A stretch of DNA of 61,866 nucleotides, filler included, from Choristocarpus tenellus KU-1152 (taxonomy: Eukaryota > Protista > Phaeophyceae), in the NCBI GenBank assembly GCA_964200185.2. It is 10 parts of 10 records of this genome, joined end to end, with 100 filler letters (N's around TTAATTAATTAA, not from the genome) between each part and the next. Parts side by side here need not be neighbours in the genome. Positions count along the whole stretch, not along the records: positions 17,527 to 35,147 come from CAXNAD020000650.1; positions 35,248 to 41,319 come from CAXNAD020009012.1; 8 more parts are not named here. The stretch is one strand, 5' to 3'. Below are positions 26,733 to 39,936 of this stretch, in pieces. Under the pieces are notes generated by a model that saw nothing but the letters and a program-made list of their open reading frames with translations, was not told the origin of the DNA and did not search any database. Position 1 is the first letter of the stretch. Each line of letters starts with the position of its first letter. The translations under genes and the position numbers were made by a program.

Positions 26733-29700
26733 TTTTGAAACCTGATTTCGTGATGTGCCTGGTTTATGGCGCAGAGGATCATGGTGCAACAAAGCACTGA
26801 TGAATTTGTTTTCTGGTAGGTCTGATGGCTTGTTTCATTCAATCAGACAATGTTCGATGTGAAAGCGTGTTTGGTTGTAACACGTTTAGGGGCAAGTGTG
26901 TGTCATAGTTCAACAAGACACCTGTGGGTCCAGTCTGGTGCATCTGAAGGTATGTTCTACTCAATCAGACTAATGTTGATCAAAGCTCGACTCAAAGTTT
27001 CGTTCAAGATAAAGATAGGACTAGGTAAGAAGGGTCAAGGTGTTTCACCAAAAGCCCTCTTATTATTTTCATCATCCACACAATTTCTTTGGTCTTCAAT
27101 GCAACTGCTCTACACGTACTCCAATCGTAAACCTTTCTTCTGCAACTTCTTAGGGACTTTTGACATTTTCTTCTGTAATATTTCGTATGCATTCCTAATC
27201 TTATTCTGTATCTTCTACAAAATCACCATTTATTCTGTAAGGCTACCTGTGTGTTACTAATATCGTATATTGTTCGCACTTGTTAGAACGCGAGAAACAA
27301 TCCTCGCACTATACGTCTGTCGCAAATGTTTGTATTTGCTAAAACATGAGAAGAAATGCTCGCGCTATTCGCCTGTAACAGTGCATGAATGCCTTACACA
27401 GTTCAGAGAAAAAATAGCGTGATTGAATTCATCATCGATTCAGGATGCAATCAGTGAGTGGAATGTGTAACCTGAGGGGCCAGTCCAACCATATGCATTC
27501 ACAGCCATGTCTTTATCTTGAAAACACCTCGTAAGTCTTGGCTTGGAGATCGTCCTTTACCACCCTCAGCAAGTCAAGGAGTTGATAGTGATCAGGCATT
27601 ACAGTCCTCCAATTGAGGGTGTGGACTGTCTTATTGAAATTGCTGCTGTTCACCAACACAAAGTAAGAGACAAAATGGTGAAGAGACAGAACGCAAGATG
27701 TCTTACTGAGAGTGGCTTGGACTTCACTAGCTTTAAAGGGCTCAAAAAGATACCCCAATCTGGTGCCTTCATGTTAAAGATTGTGTCCACACAATGGTGT
27801 GATCTCAACCCCGATTCCTCCTCTCCCTTCTGAATCCTCTTCAAGTCTCGAAAGTCTCCTTGTGCGCAGACTTGGTGCGTGTGAAGTGGTTCTTCAGGTT
27901 TGTGGTCAACCTGGAGTACCTCATCTGAATCTCAGCACTAGCAAAGTCACCATTCTTCGCACAGGTGTCACATATAGTCACATTTGGAAGTGTTGATAAC
28001 TGGGGACTTCGATCCGGCGAGTCTCGTCTTTTGCCAGATCTGTACCCGATCCACTTTCTTCTCCTGCCTTTTTGTGACGGTGACCTCATCAGGCTCCATT
28101 TCTACCTCATCTGTATGCTTCACCTGGCTTTCGCCATCATCATAAACCGCAGGTGGGAGGGCACAGCCACAATTTGTTGCCCTCTGGCTCAAGGGCAGGT
28201 GTGCATGCATGCCGCTCATATTAACATCTTCTCGTCTTCTTCTGCATCCAGTCACAGAGGAACAGTTTAGTGATTCCTCCTCTACCCCCAAAGACCAGTT
28301 GACTGTGAGTGAATACTGGAAATGCGATCTGTCCCTTTCTGGTTTACATACAAAATACATAATAAAATAGTACATATTTTTCCTTTTCACGTATACCGCG
28401 AGCGTGATTTTTTACACGCGCGAAACTCTACTTCCAGTTTTATCGTAACCTACCTACAACTTTACCTATGACAACGTAGTTGGGGAAGATGGGGTTTACA
28501 CTGTGGAATCTATTCAAGGCTGGATTACTCGTGTGTAACGCTGTCGCCATTCTGCACAGGGAGCGTTTCCTCCGAAAATGTGAGAGCTTCCACAACACGT
28601 TTGGGCTGGTGGTCTGTCAGTCATAACGCAGAAGAGCATGGTTGCTAGGTTGTATTTCTTGTGTATTAGTGAAGACACGATGATGGATAAGTCTTATTCT
28701 TACTGTAATGTCTTCTACTCTCCCTTGGCCACACAGTGAATCTTGCCGAAGTGGATCGATCGACTTCAGCTTCGAGCTTAAGGAACCAGGTCGTGGGGCT
28801 AATTTCTGCAGTAGGGTACCTCCGTGGACCATTGATTGTCGTCAACTCCCTCACCTGCCTCTTTGAACTCATTCTTGGGTAGTGGTTATAGAAAATTTAT
28901 TATACCGGATCCTGGGTATTCTTCGAGCTGACCAAGTCACGCCGGAACGATCGCTATTGGGAAGGAAAAACTGATATGGTAAGGCCCAGTTGAACTTTTG
29001 TGTCCAGCTCGTCGAGGTGGGAAGGCTGAATACGCAAATAGTTGGGGTGGGGTTTGAGAGTAAGGACTGTTGCCGGGTCAATGTGTCCTTGCCCAAGTGG
29101 AAGCTGAATAACCCCGAGCGATTGCTGGGGTTTTTGCGGATTTTACTTGACCTTACCATGCCTTCAGTATCCTTTAGGTAGAAGGCAGAGCATATGGCAT
29201 TTTGCAAATGTGTTGGGGTTGTAAGCAATCATGGGCCTATTTGCCCTACTTTATTTTAAGTATCAAAGTGCTTTTTGTTTTCTTTGGGAATATGAGGGCA
29301 CTGTAATCCTTCAGTCACACCTATTGAAATATATTCTGTCGTCGTAGTGTGCTCAGCTGATCGGCAATCGTTGCTATTGATTGGGATGGGAGAACCAAAG
29401 GTATAACAGAAATTGCTTTCTCTTCCTCTGCCCCATAACCATCCATCTATCATTCCCCCAGCAGCATCCCACCTCTACCGTACTCACTTGCCCAAGTTAG
29501 TACTTCGAATAAGGTTGTTCTTGGAGGGCATGTGATTACCCTACTATGACGAAGGCACTGTATAGCATTGCAAGGAGAGTTCCTGTAAAATTTAGATACT
29601 TGCAAAAACTTATTGCTTCCGCACTCTTTCATTTGTGCTCTGTACTTCAACCACCAAAAATTTCATAGCAAAATATTTTGCGCACCAATCCAGGTACTGC

Positions 29701-31816
29701 CTATGCTGTTGTGTGAATCGGTTCATTTAGTACGGTTGAGCCACAAGATCCAATTGTGGTAGAAGAGATGCAATTACTTCATGCCCACCTAAGTGCACAT
29801 GAGGTGCACTTACTGGTAGCACAGGTTATTTGTCCCTACCATTGAGTTCCCTGATAGGCATTTAGAAGATCTGCAGCAGGGGAAAAATGTATAGAGTGTG
29901 CTGCGTGAGTGGGTAATAGTGTTCCACCTGCCTGGCACACATACCCCACAATAGGCTTGTCAGTATTTATTTATTAGCAACGAGTCCTGGGATTTGGATG
30001 GGAAGGGTATTTTCTATTATATATTATCACAAGTATCACCACAATGATATCTCAGGCATAGCCAACTTGTGATTTCATATTGTAGATGTTATTTGGTGAA
30101 GGCCTCAGATATACTGCGGATTCCCACTGGGGACTTTCACAAGCACATTCGACATGTTAGTAGTGCAAACAATAATTACTGTTGTGATTCTCTCCAGTGC
30201 ATTCAATGTCGAGGTGAAGTATATGGCGGGCAGAAAATGGACCAAAATCAGCTATTGCAACCCTGAAACGAAATGTTGTAGGTTACACTGTGTGCATTGT
30301 AAAGGGAATCATTTATTGGATGGGTACATTGGCAGTTTCTGACTCTGCTATGGACGTTTTTAGTACAGATTTGAACACAGGTCCATGCTCATAACAATTA
30401 ACCATGAAGAACCCCAAACCTTTGCAATAGTGCATATTTATAAGTCCCCGCTAATTACATACATGGTTCTGGAGTGCACAAACATACACCTTGCGGCATT
30501 CTGTTACCTCAATTGTGAACTTACGAACCAATCAGAAAGATTCTCGAAGCTAAGACTTGGAGCATAATCTGTAAGTGACATGCTTTCATCACACAGTGGA
30601 CACATCCACATCAGTAGTGGGAAACCTTTGTGTTTCACTCGTAGCATAAAGATGAACACGCTCAAATATACTCGGTCCTAGCCTTAAATCCTAGCAACAC
30701 AGGGGAGTTAAGTGGAGGAGTCTAAACAACTTCTGATAAATAAAAATCTTGTTCAAATACTTTCAAGTCCTCTCAACACAAAGGTACTTTTCCATTAAAA
30801 GTCAAGATTTTCAAGCAATACCTGTGTTCTGGCATTCAATGAACACATCTGATTGGTTTCTCAAAAATGCAGCCATGGGTGAAACTGTGTCATGTCCTAC
30901 AATCATCTAAACCATTACAAGGTCCGTGCATCTCATCCTACCATGACATGCTGTTTGTTCTCACAGACCACTACTCCAGGTATTACTGTGCAAGGTCATA
31001 AAAAGGTGCAGTAAACTACAATACCTTCCGCCTGATATGAACAGAATGACAAGACAAAGACAATTGTTGGGTAGAGGAGAGCTCTACAATAGAGGCTCAC
31101 AGAGACTGGAGAAGGAAAAAAAAATCAGTAAGATTGATCCAACCCTCATCCTATAGTCAGGATGAATAAAAGATGTACCAATGAGTATCCTGATACCAAC
31201 TACAAACCAATTGATTATTCACCCCCCTAGCCATCAATCGGCATGGAACCATGAACAGAACGTTCACTCCAACATAGCTGACTAGCACCTAGCAATAAAG
31301 TACTCCAAACGCACTGTACCATACCAGGACCAGTACTCCTCGCATCCTGGAAGTACAACATATAATCCCCTTTGCTTTCCGACGCAAGTACTACGAAACA
31401 CCTACCACACACAAGTAAAACTCACTGCAATTATGACCTACTAGCTCTTGTGTCAGCAAGCAGTAGGGAAGATTCAAACACCCAATCGGCACATAAAAAG
31501 TTCTAGCACATACCAGCACTCATGGGGTCAATCCACAAAGCTGCAATACACACACAAACCACCGATCTTGGAGAACACAAGAATGAAAGGGAGATGTACA
31601 GGAGTGGAAGGCGGGAGGGTCACACAAGTATGCAGCAGGTCAGCAGGACCTGGTCCAGTGAAGAGCTTACTCCATACAAGTACTTTTATCAAGATTCTAA
31701 AGCAAAGTCAAAGTCATACATTGACATCCACTTCCACTCGAGGTCAAAATAAAAACTCTCCATCTTCCTATCAGCCAGTTCCTGCATGCCTTGACACCGT
31801 CCAAAGCCTTTGCTCC

Positions 31817-34337
31817 TCACACAGACACCTGCACCCGCTTGCCCTTTTCTTCTGCTGCATCCAAGCCTTCCCTTCCCACTCCACCCTCATCCTCCTCCTC
31901 ATCCCCCTCGTCCTCATGCGCAAGCAAGGATTTGAGTTCCACAGCCTGCATCAAGGCAAGACATGGTGTTGATGAAACCATGCCAGGTGTAATCCACACA
32001 TACAAGTGTAATATGGGGAGGAACAAGGGAGTGGTTGTATCATCCGTTGCATACCTACTATACCACATTTGAGTAATTGCATGGGGATTGAGCTCAGAGT
32101 GAGGAATATTATTTCAATGTCTTTTAACCCTTCACCACCTTTATTTAAGTCATTCACAATGCTGAAAAAGAAACGAGAATTTCAGATGATGGTCCATTTA
32201 ACGGTGCAGTGCACTCGGGATGTACTGTAGTGCATACATGATAGAAACCAGTGCATGAAACTGTCAAAAGCACGGAATGAAAAGGAACGCACAGACATAC
32301 AAGGCAGGATTCTACCAAAATTGTGACCTCACAAGCAGTGCACATAAATTGACGTACCTAAAATAGAGAAAAATCTCCAAGTACAACACAAATAAACACC
32401 CTCGACACGTTCCAGACACAGACAGAATTACTGAAACAACAAACTCCCACAACCGTATCATTCAAACTTCAATCCATATGGGTGTCTGTCAAGTGTACAG
32501 CTCTAGGGAAACCTTGAAAAAAAAACCACAATCACACCCTTCTCCCTTCCCACCTCACACACACACACACACACACAACCTGACTGCAAACACTTTGTAG
32601 ACTTCACTAAAATTACGTACCTGTGCTTCACTTCTGTCAACTCCCACGTGGCCACCACCTGGGGCCCCATGCCTGCCATGTCCATGCCCTGTTCTCAGTT
32701 TCCACCAGGAGCAGGATCAGCACATCAATGAGGGATCACGTGCAAAGAAACTCAGTCATATGAAGAGGCCATGGGAATCACGGATGCTGCCCAAGTCAAA
32801 ATCCATCAACTCATAGAGACAAATTCAGGGTTATCCTGTCTTGTCACATAGGTGTCGCTTTGAAACAAGTCACATCTTACACACACACACACACACACAT
32901 GCACACTACCACAAAAAAGTCCTCCGGGTACATCTGCAGGCATGGGGACAAGTGACTAAGGACCGTGGTGTGATCAGGCATGCATTTGGGTTGCTGGATC
33001 AAGGCAGGAAAGTTGCGTCACTGGTCAGGGGGTTCCGCTGCTGGCGCAGGCGTACTGAACGGCAAAGGGTTCATAACTTCAACTTCACCCCCTGTCCTGT
33101 CCTCCATCCACCCGTGTCGGACAATGTCCCCCCTAAAAAAAAAGGGGGTTCCAAGAACTTGTGAAGGCGCTGCATGTATTCTACTGTGGGTTTTCTATCA
33201 CACATAGTAGGGGATATTGTAAGATAATGGAATACATCCAACATGTCACATAGAAAGGGACCAAACGAGTACCCTTTCCCACCCCAGACATGAGAAGACA
33301 ACCAATTGTGACTCCCCTGTCGGGGGAGTGGGAAAGCAGTGGTCAAAGACCTCCACACCATTGGGAAGAGTTAGTTTTGTATGTCTCACTGTGGCTCTCT
33401 ATGGGGTAGGCTCACCCTTCTTCTTTCCCTTGTCCATGAAATTGATCACCATGGCTGATACAGCAATGAAGATTCCTATACCTTGAGTGGTGTTCACCTG
33501 CCCAGAGGATTGCAAATAAATATGTGTTTGCATGGTGGGGTGGGAGTGGACAGCATTAAGTGGTGGCTTCCCAGCATCAGACACTTGACCTTCGAAAAGT
33601 TTAGGGGACTCACTACAGAGATCGCCACCTATCAGGAAGGACACTCAAGAGCTGGACTCCGTGCACAGGTGAGCACAAAGGTGTAACGTCTATGTACAGA
33701 AGGGCAAAATTGTGACTCTTACACTTCACATATAGTGAAAATTGAGAATAAAAATATTGCAGCAGTGCTTTGCTTAGTATGTAGTATTACCTACAACTGA
33801 AGGGGTGGGGGAGGTGGGCTCAGTACCAGCAACAGTGGCATGGTCCTCTCCATACAATCAAATGTTTCAGTGCATCAGTACACATAGAGCTGTATAGCTC
33901 TAGATGGAAAAATATTGAAGCCTCCAGATGTAATATACAGCAACTTGTAAAACTTATTGCACCAGCTCTTCTCAACATAACTTCAATAGCATGCTTTTGC
34001 AAAGTGGGTCAAGGCATAATTGACGGGTATTCAGACACTGCGTTGACTGCACCGCTTGATAATGCACTACTTCTGTGTCTGAGGGGAACTAAAGGTTAAA
34101 TACAGAAAACCATAAGCCTACACATCATCTGGAACCTTTCCCATCTAACATCATGGAATCCACTTATCATTTTCAGGTACTATGCTTCACAGCATGGTCA
34201 AACACTCAAATCATCCCTCTACGCCGCCGACGGGGTATTTTAACTCCCCCGTCTCCCCCCCCCCCCCTACTCCATCAATACCTCGTGACCATAAATAACA
34301 ATGGAGGCCATAAGTGTTACTATCTTCCTCGCTAGAC
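31817..34337 (-). CDS. UAA/SLC35B-family nucleotide-sugar transporter, 3' exons only: 34337-34282, 33497-33416, 32688-32621, 31945-31817
   Basis: Phase-consistent GT-AG splicing gives GLARKIVTLMASIVIYGHE|VNTTQGIGIFIAVSAMVINFMDKGKKK|GHGHGRHGAPGGGHVGVDRSEAQ|AVELKSLLAHEDEGDEEEDE...KRVQVSV*. The first part matches the last two TM helices of SLC35B (RKxxTxxxSxxxxGH). Confidence 0.8.
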
Positions 34338-36154
34338 CTGAATCGCAACAAAGTTGGGTTAGGGGCAGCAGGTTGGGCAGAAGGACAAAAACATGTTCAG
34401 GTGTGTGGCAGAGGAAGTATGTACGTAAAGAGCATGTTGAGGGAAGAGGGACGGGTAGGTGTTCACACAGGGTAGGTGTTCACACAACACGAAAAGGAAC
34501 AAGGAACTGATATTCGGGTTGCTGTCTCACATTTGCCATGAGCATGCCCTACGCCCAATATAGGTGCTAGAAGGGGTGTGTGCACACAAGGTAGAATCAC
34601 ATCCGGCAGCTATCAGCTGACGACATCACTTTCCACTAACGCAGCAAAGGGCCACCACATCCACACCCATGCCTCAAACATGCCAAGGGCATGGTGTATT
34701 GATCCTCACATGGTCAGAGGGCCACCTTGGCACCCAAGGTCATTCCCATTCAAACCATCAACTGGCAGGACTCTTTTCAAAAAAGACTCCAGCACTCTTT
34801 GCATTTGATTATATAGTCCTGGAACAGCGGAAGTTTAGAAGATCCACTTCACAGTGATCGGGCAAGGACAAATACAAACGAAGAGTAACTAGTATCACCC
34901 TTTGTGCTCTGAGGTACCCTTAGCTGTGACAACGTACAATGCCAGCCTGGTACAATAGAGTGTAAGTTGAAAAACCACTTGACCATTTACCTCCCGGAAT
35001 GGGCTACTCCAAGTAGATCCATGCAACTCTTCATAGAAAACATCAATTCAATGAGACTGTCGAGTCAGGAAAGGAAGAGCAGACTAGACTAGACAGGAGG
35101 AACCAGCCGATACATGAGGGGGAGTTGTGAGCTTCTCAATTGCCCCCNNNNNNNNNNNNNNNNNNNNNNNNNNNNNNNNNNNNNNNNNNNNTTAATTAAT
35201 TAANNNNNNNNNNNNNNNNNNNNNNNNNNNNNNNNNNNNNNNNNNNNGGGTGGAGGGGGGGGGGGGCATTGCATTCAAAAGCACAAGTTTCTTTTTTTTT
35301 CGTATGATTCTCATGAGGTCGGCCAAATGGAAAATGGAAAATGGAAAAGTCCAGTCCGTGGGACGAGTTAGATCCATTGTTTTGTGACATGTCCGGACCA
35401 GGTCCAACAAATATTATCGAAACCTCACAGGTTCCCATACTTTCCAGGCGTCTACATCAGATCGGGAAAAGCAGTGACAGGGTCAGCCTGCGAGCCAGCT
35501 CACTAAGAACATTTTCCAATGGGGGCGGTACAGGGTCAGAGGATTCTAACAGGGCTGGGGCATGAGCAGGGTTACCCTGCAAAAAAATATTCAAAAAAGG
35601 CTGGGCTGGGCTAGGCAGGGTCAGGGCCTTCACTGGGGTAGACCCACAGGCCAGCTTGGGCAGAGTATATTTGAAAGACTCAGGCGGGACTCAGTTTGAG
35701 CTTGGCAGGTTCTCATATTGGCCAGGGGGGGGGGGGGGTTGCACCCAAATTGCGATTCGTTCCGTAAAGATTTCAAAAATACCATGATTCTAAAAGCTTC
35801 GTGTTATAAACACATTTGCAATTTCATACAAAGAATGAAAATATCAACTAAAGTGACACTATTAAACGATAGCAGCAGCAATCATCTCCACTGATGGAGA
35901 GGGCCCAGGATATATATATATATATATATATTTATTCATTTTTCTAAACGATTTCTAGAGGGCCAGCCTGGTTCGCCCACTGGCCCATGTGAAGTCCTGA
36001 TATTTTCAGACATGTCTGGAACAAGTCCACCAAGTACTGTAACGGTTTGGTATCCGGGTCGAACAGGTCTAATTCTGGACTAGCCTGACTCCAACAGACC
36101 GGTCGGTCTGGTTGATCTACCTGCCCCGTAAGCGAAACGACTGCAAGATGCCAA

Positions 36155-36274
36155 TACAAGCAGTCACCGTATATAACAAGAGCCAGTGCCAGTGCTTGTG
36201 ACGAGACTGCACGAGACTGATACAAGCAGTCACCATTTATAATGAGAGTCAGTGCTTGCGACAAAGATTGCACG
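36155..36274. repeat. Imperfect tandem duplication of ~55-60 bp
   Basis: tacaagcagtcacc..tataa..gag..cagtgcttg.gac..aga.tgcacg occurs twice. Confidence 0.7.
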
Positions 36275-37201
36275 CACGAGGGGTGAGACGGCGAGCAGAG
36301 GTACAATATGAAGGAGAGGCACTGACAGCAATGAGCTAGAGCTGGTTGAGCTGGCTCAATCTCTCAGGTGTCAACATATAAAAATGTATAATATTTATAG
36401 GGGTTTTTTTCAGAAGAGATACTCATGAGGCAACACACATGCAGATGGGTGGGTGGGTGGGTGGGTGGACGGACGGATGGACGGGAACAACTCGGTTTGT
36501 ATACGAAGGGACAGACTCCAAGAGATTTGCTGAGGGGACATTTCACAAAACTGCCTAGTTTTACTTAACCTGTGCTTCTAAGTATATTGTTAGTCTGTAC
36601 CAAAAGAATTACATAGGAGTACACTTCTATTATATGATGTACTGTACAATAGAAGGTTCCTTCCTTGAGTATAGCTTATTCATAGTGGGTCGCTTGACTT
36701 GACATGTTTCAACAGGGCCGGCTCATAACTCAAATGTATGTTGCCAGGCTAGCCATGAGTGCAATGTTTCTCACAGGGCTGAACAATGATTGTCAACTAC
36801 CTGGGCTGGGGGCCCGGCTATAGCCATGGCCCGAACCCCAGCCATGCTAACAGCCCAGATTGATTTTTTTTTTTAAGTACTTTACGTTTTGAAATACCTC
36901 AGTAGTTCAACCTTTCCAGAACATATTGGTCAACATGTAACAATTGCAGGTGGAGGAAGAGGAGAGAGGAAGGGAAGTCAATGACATGAGAGAGCTCCTA
37001 TAGAGGAAGCGTGTACCTATGGGTGGGTACCGTCAACAAGTCAGACCTCTCCACAACATCAAAGCAAAATACCTGCAATAGGCAATCTCCAAACCAATAA
37101 AATTACATTTACCTTGCCATTCAGTATGCGCACGAATACTTAAAATATATATATATTACTACAAAAAAATATTTAAAAAATTACCACAAGAAAATATATA
37201 C

Positions 37202-39936
37202 CTTGGAGTTCCCACTAAGAAGATGGCCACAGCCAAGGCCATGGTCACACAAGGTATAGAATACCCCACTGTGAAGCCCCAGTCTTTTCCACCCAGGAAG
37301 GGCAAACCATACTGGCACACATAGGATACCAAAGTGAAGCTCACAATTGCGCCAAGGTTAATACCCCAATAAAACCTGCAGACAACCCAAGAAGAAACAC
37401 CCCCCAGAAAGGGTCCAAAGGTGTCACATATGCAAGGGCAGGAAGATGGGGGGGGGGGGGAGTAATCAACCCAAGCCACTGATGTGATTGAACTGTTTGG
37501 AGGTTGGTCCCTTGCCCCTTAGCTGTAGCACCAAGTGGCTAACCTGTCAACATGGATACTACACAATGATGCATACAGCAACATTAAAAAATAACTTATA
37601 TTCCACAAAAAAACACACCATACAAACAACAACACACACAACACAATACAGCAATGCATGCATGTCCTGGGCGCTAGCGGTGACTGTTGGACCTAACAAA
37701 AACAGAGAGTCATTCTTTCAGGAGGGTGTACCTTGGGGAGTCGAACATCACAAGGTACTTCTGATTGCCACAAACAATGTGGAGCGTATCATACTCTATC
37801 ACCTGAAACATGGTCCATGAAACAATGAGTGAACATCTCAACAAAAATTGAGTATGATTCCAAGGGGACATCACCCGCATCCTTGTCACAATATCCTTCC
37901 GTTCCACTCCATCTTACCAGTTGAAGAATGATGCTTTCTCTGCCATGTCCTGGGGGTCGTCCTCGTCAAACTGATCTGCACCAAACACTGAGACGCTTGA
38001 CTTGATCCCCCCTGTACTTAAGGCCAAGATGTACATCGCAGAGAACACAAGTGTAGGGGATACGCTGCCCGGGACGCATGATACAGCAGCCACCACCAGA
38101 CCAGCCATGTATAACAACGACGAGATTAATATTGTATTATATCTACCTGGAGGCAGGATGAGAGAGGGGAAATGTGGCATTCAGGGATGGGGTGTAGGGG
38201 TGGGGGGAGGGAGCATGGTACTTGGTATGGAAGTGTGGTATTAATAAAAGAAACAGTAAAACTTCAAATTGCAAAGTCAATATAGACTAGGGTGGGGAAG
38301 GAATAGAGGGAGAGGGGAAGTTGGAATGATGAGGTAGGCTGTGGGTGTTGATCAGGAGCTGCTGGGGGGTGCAAGAAGAAATGAGTACACCTCCACTTAT
38401 AATCCTTGAAAATTTAGAAGTGTCATGGTTGGCATTCTGTGAATGCATAGAGTATGAAGTATAGATAGACTATATAGCAATTCAAACGCTTTTCTTGGTG
38501 TCCTCTCAGTCCCCAGTACAAGTGGGCATAAAATCCTGGTCAAGATGAAAGGCAGGGAAAACAACATGTACTGTCAGGGATGAATCAATGTTGTGTCATC
38601 ACTTGCAGCACCAGGACTAAGGTGTTTTCTGGGGGATAGACTAGAGTCCTTCTAATAAACTACCCCGAACATGCTGACTTGGGACTCCATCACTTCCTCC
38701 AGCGACATGAGACAACAATTGGACAAGGTGGGCAAGAAATCCATACTTAGCCTGCCTCTGACAATACATCAACCCTTCCTCAATCGGCCTGCAGGACAAG
38801 GGATCTATGAGCTTGGCCAGGAGGGAAAGACAATACACCTGACCTACCTTCTCACCCAAAGTTCCTTTCTCACGAACAATAGAACTTGAGAGTGTTGTCT
38901 TGGCCCACTTTCACAACACCCTCACCTTTGAAACCCAAAGCGGTGAGCACACTCAACACGACCTCAGTTGGTTGTCTACCTTCGTGAGATTGTCTCGTGG
39001 TGATCTCAACTCCCATCATTGTTCTGTCCTCTAAGTGTGGAAAACAACGTGTAAGTTGACCAGGGTTCAACTGTGGAAAGGAAATGTTTGCAAGAAATTA
39101 ATATCAACTCCTCCAAGAACCAAGAGGTCACACAACTGATCCTTAGACTCTCTCCACCATATTTGCAGCACCTTCCAATACCTCTTGTGGTAATAACTGT
39201 CAGAAAACAACCCATAACGACAATATGGAGAAGTAGGTTGCAGATGTCTCGAAATTGGTGCAGAGGGCCAACATACAAGAAATTTCATCAGACTTGCCAA
39301 GGTAACTATCCGCAATCCATCCCCCCAGCAATGGGGTCACGAAACAAACTCCTGACCATAGTGAGTACTGCGTGTCCGCCTCCGCATTTGTGAAACCGAG
39401 CTCCGTGTCAAACAAAAGCACAAGCGACCCTGCAAGCAATTTGGGAAGAGGGTGGTCAACCCTTGAGATATATACAACACTGTTCTACATATCTGAGCAA
39501 GACAAAACAAGTAGGTTGACGAGACATCTAACATGCCATTGGCAGTGCCAATTCCACTTACAAAAGAGGCATAAAGAAATGAGTCAGTGAATACTAGGTA
39601 CTTCCAAGTCGAAGAGCAACTGCAACAACCTCTGTTGTGTTAGCGTCCGTACTCGAACAGGCGACACACAGCACTTATCTAAGTTAAGGGGAACCAAGAT
39701 TTAGTCCAGAACACTCTTTCCGAACTAGCACGCAAAACACCTGCAAAGCCGTAGTAAGCCAGTCTTTCGCAAAACTCGGTGAGAATGATGAAGGTTGTCA
39801 CTGACAACAAGGTTGAACGTTTCTTGACTTTACGTCCTACCGTAGCATCCGACAAGGTATTCCAAGAGGTATTATCCCCCCCACCCATGGATTGGTAAGC
39901 TGTAGGCAATGATCCTCTCCCTTCCGTAGATCCCAT
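37202..39936 (-). CDS. POT/PTR2 (NPF/SLC15) peptide/nitrate transporter, 3'-partial. Exons 39936-39741, 39429-39298, 38146-37918, 37375-37202.
   Basis: EFCERLAYYG (ExxER motif), PLLGGWIADSYLGRY, TGGIKSSVSVFGADQFD and SFFNWFYWGINLGA are POT-family signatures. Exon phases are consistent. Confidence 0.93.

Larger units (their letters stand above)
21560..28100 (-). mobile_element. Decayed hAT transposase, split by a copia insertion
   Basis: BED-finger-like VTICDTCAK...TTNLKNHFTRTKSAH (~27990-27860). First catalytic region MAVNAYGWTGPSGYTFHSLIAS*IDDEF (~27510-27425; cf. hAT TxDxWTS...LTAHWID). C-terminal dimerisation domain DLPQW*RERASFVFPRLVKVARCVLVTPACQAD...GKITKT..RNRLDPDNVQVLI (~21755-21570). 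Stops and frameshifts throughout. Confidence 0.78.

Noticed and set aside
37731-37802. AG..GT-bounded open segment in POT intron 3 as an extra exon
   Set aside because: Exons 3 and 4 join directly to give the conserved FFNWFYWGIN, and this segment has no POT similarity.
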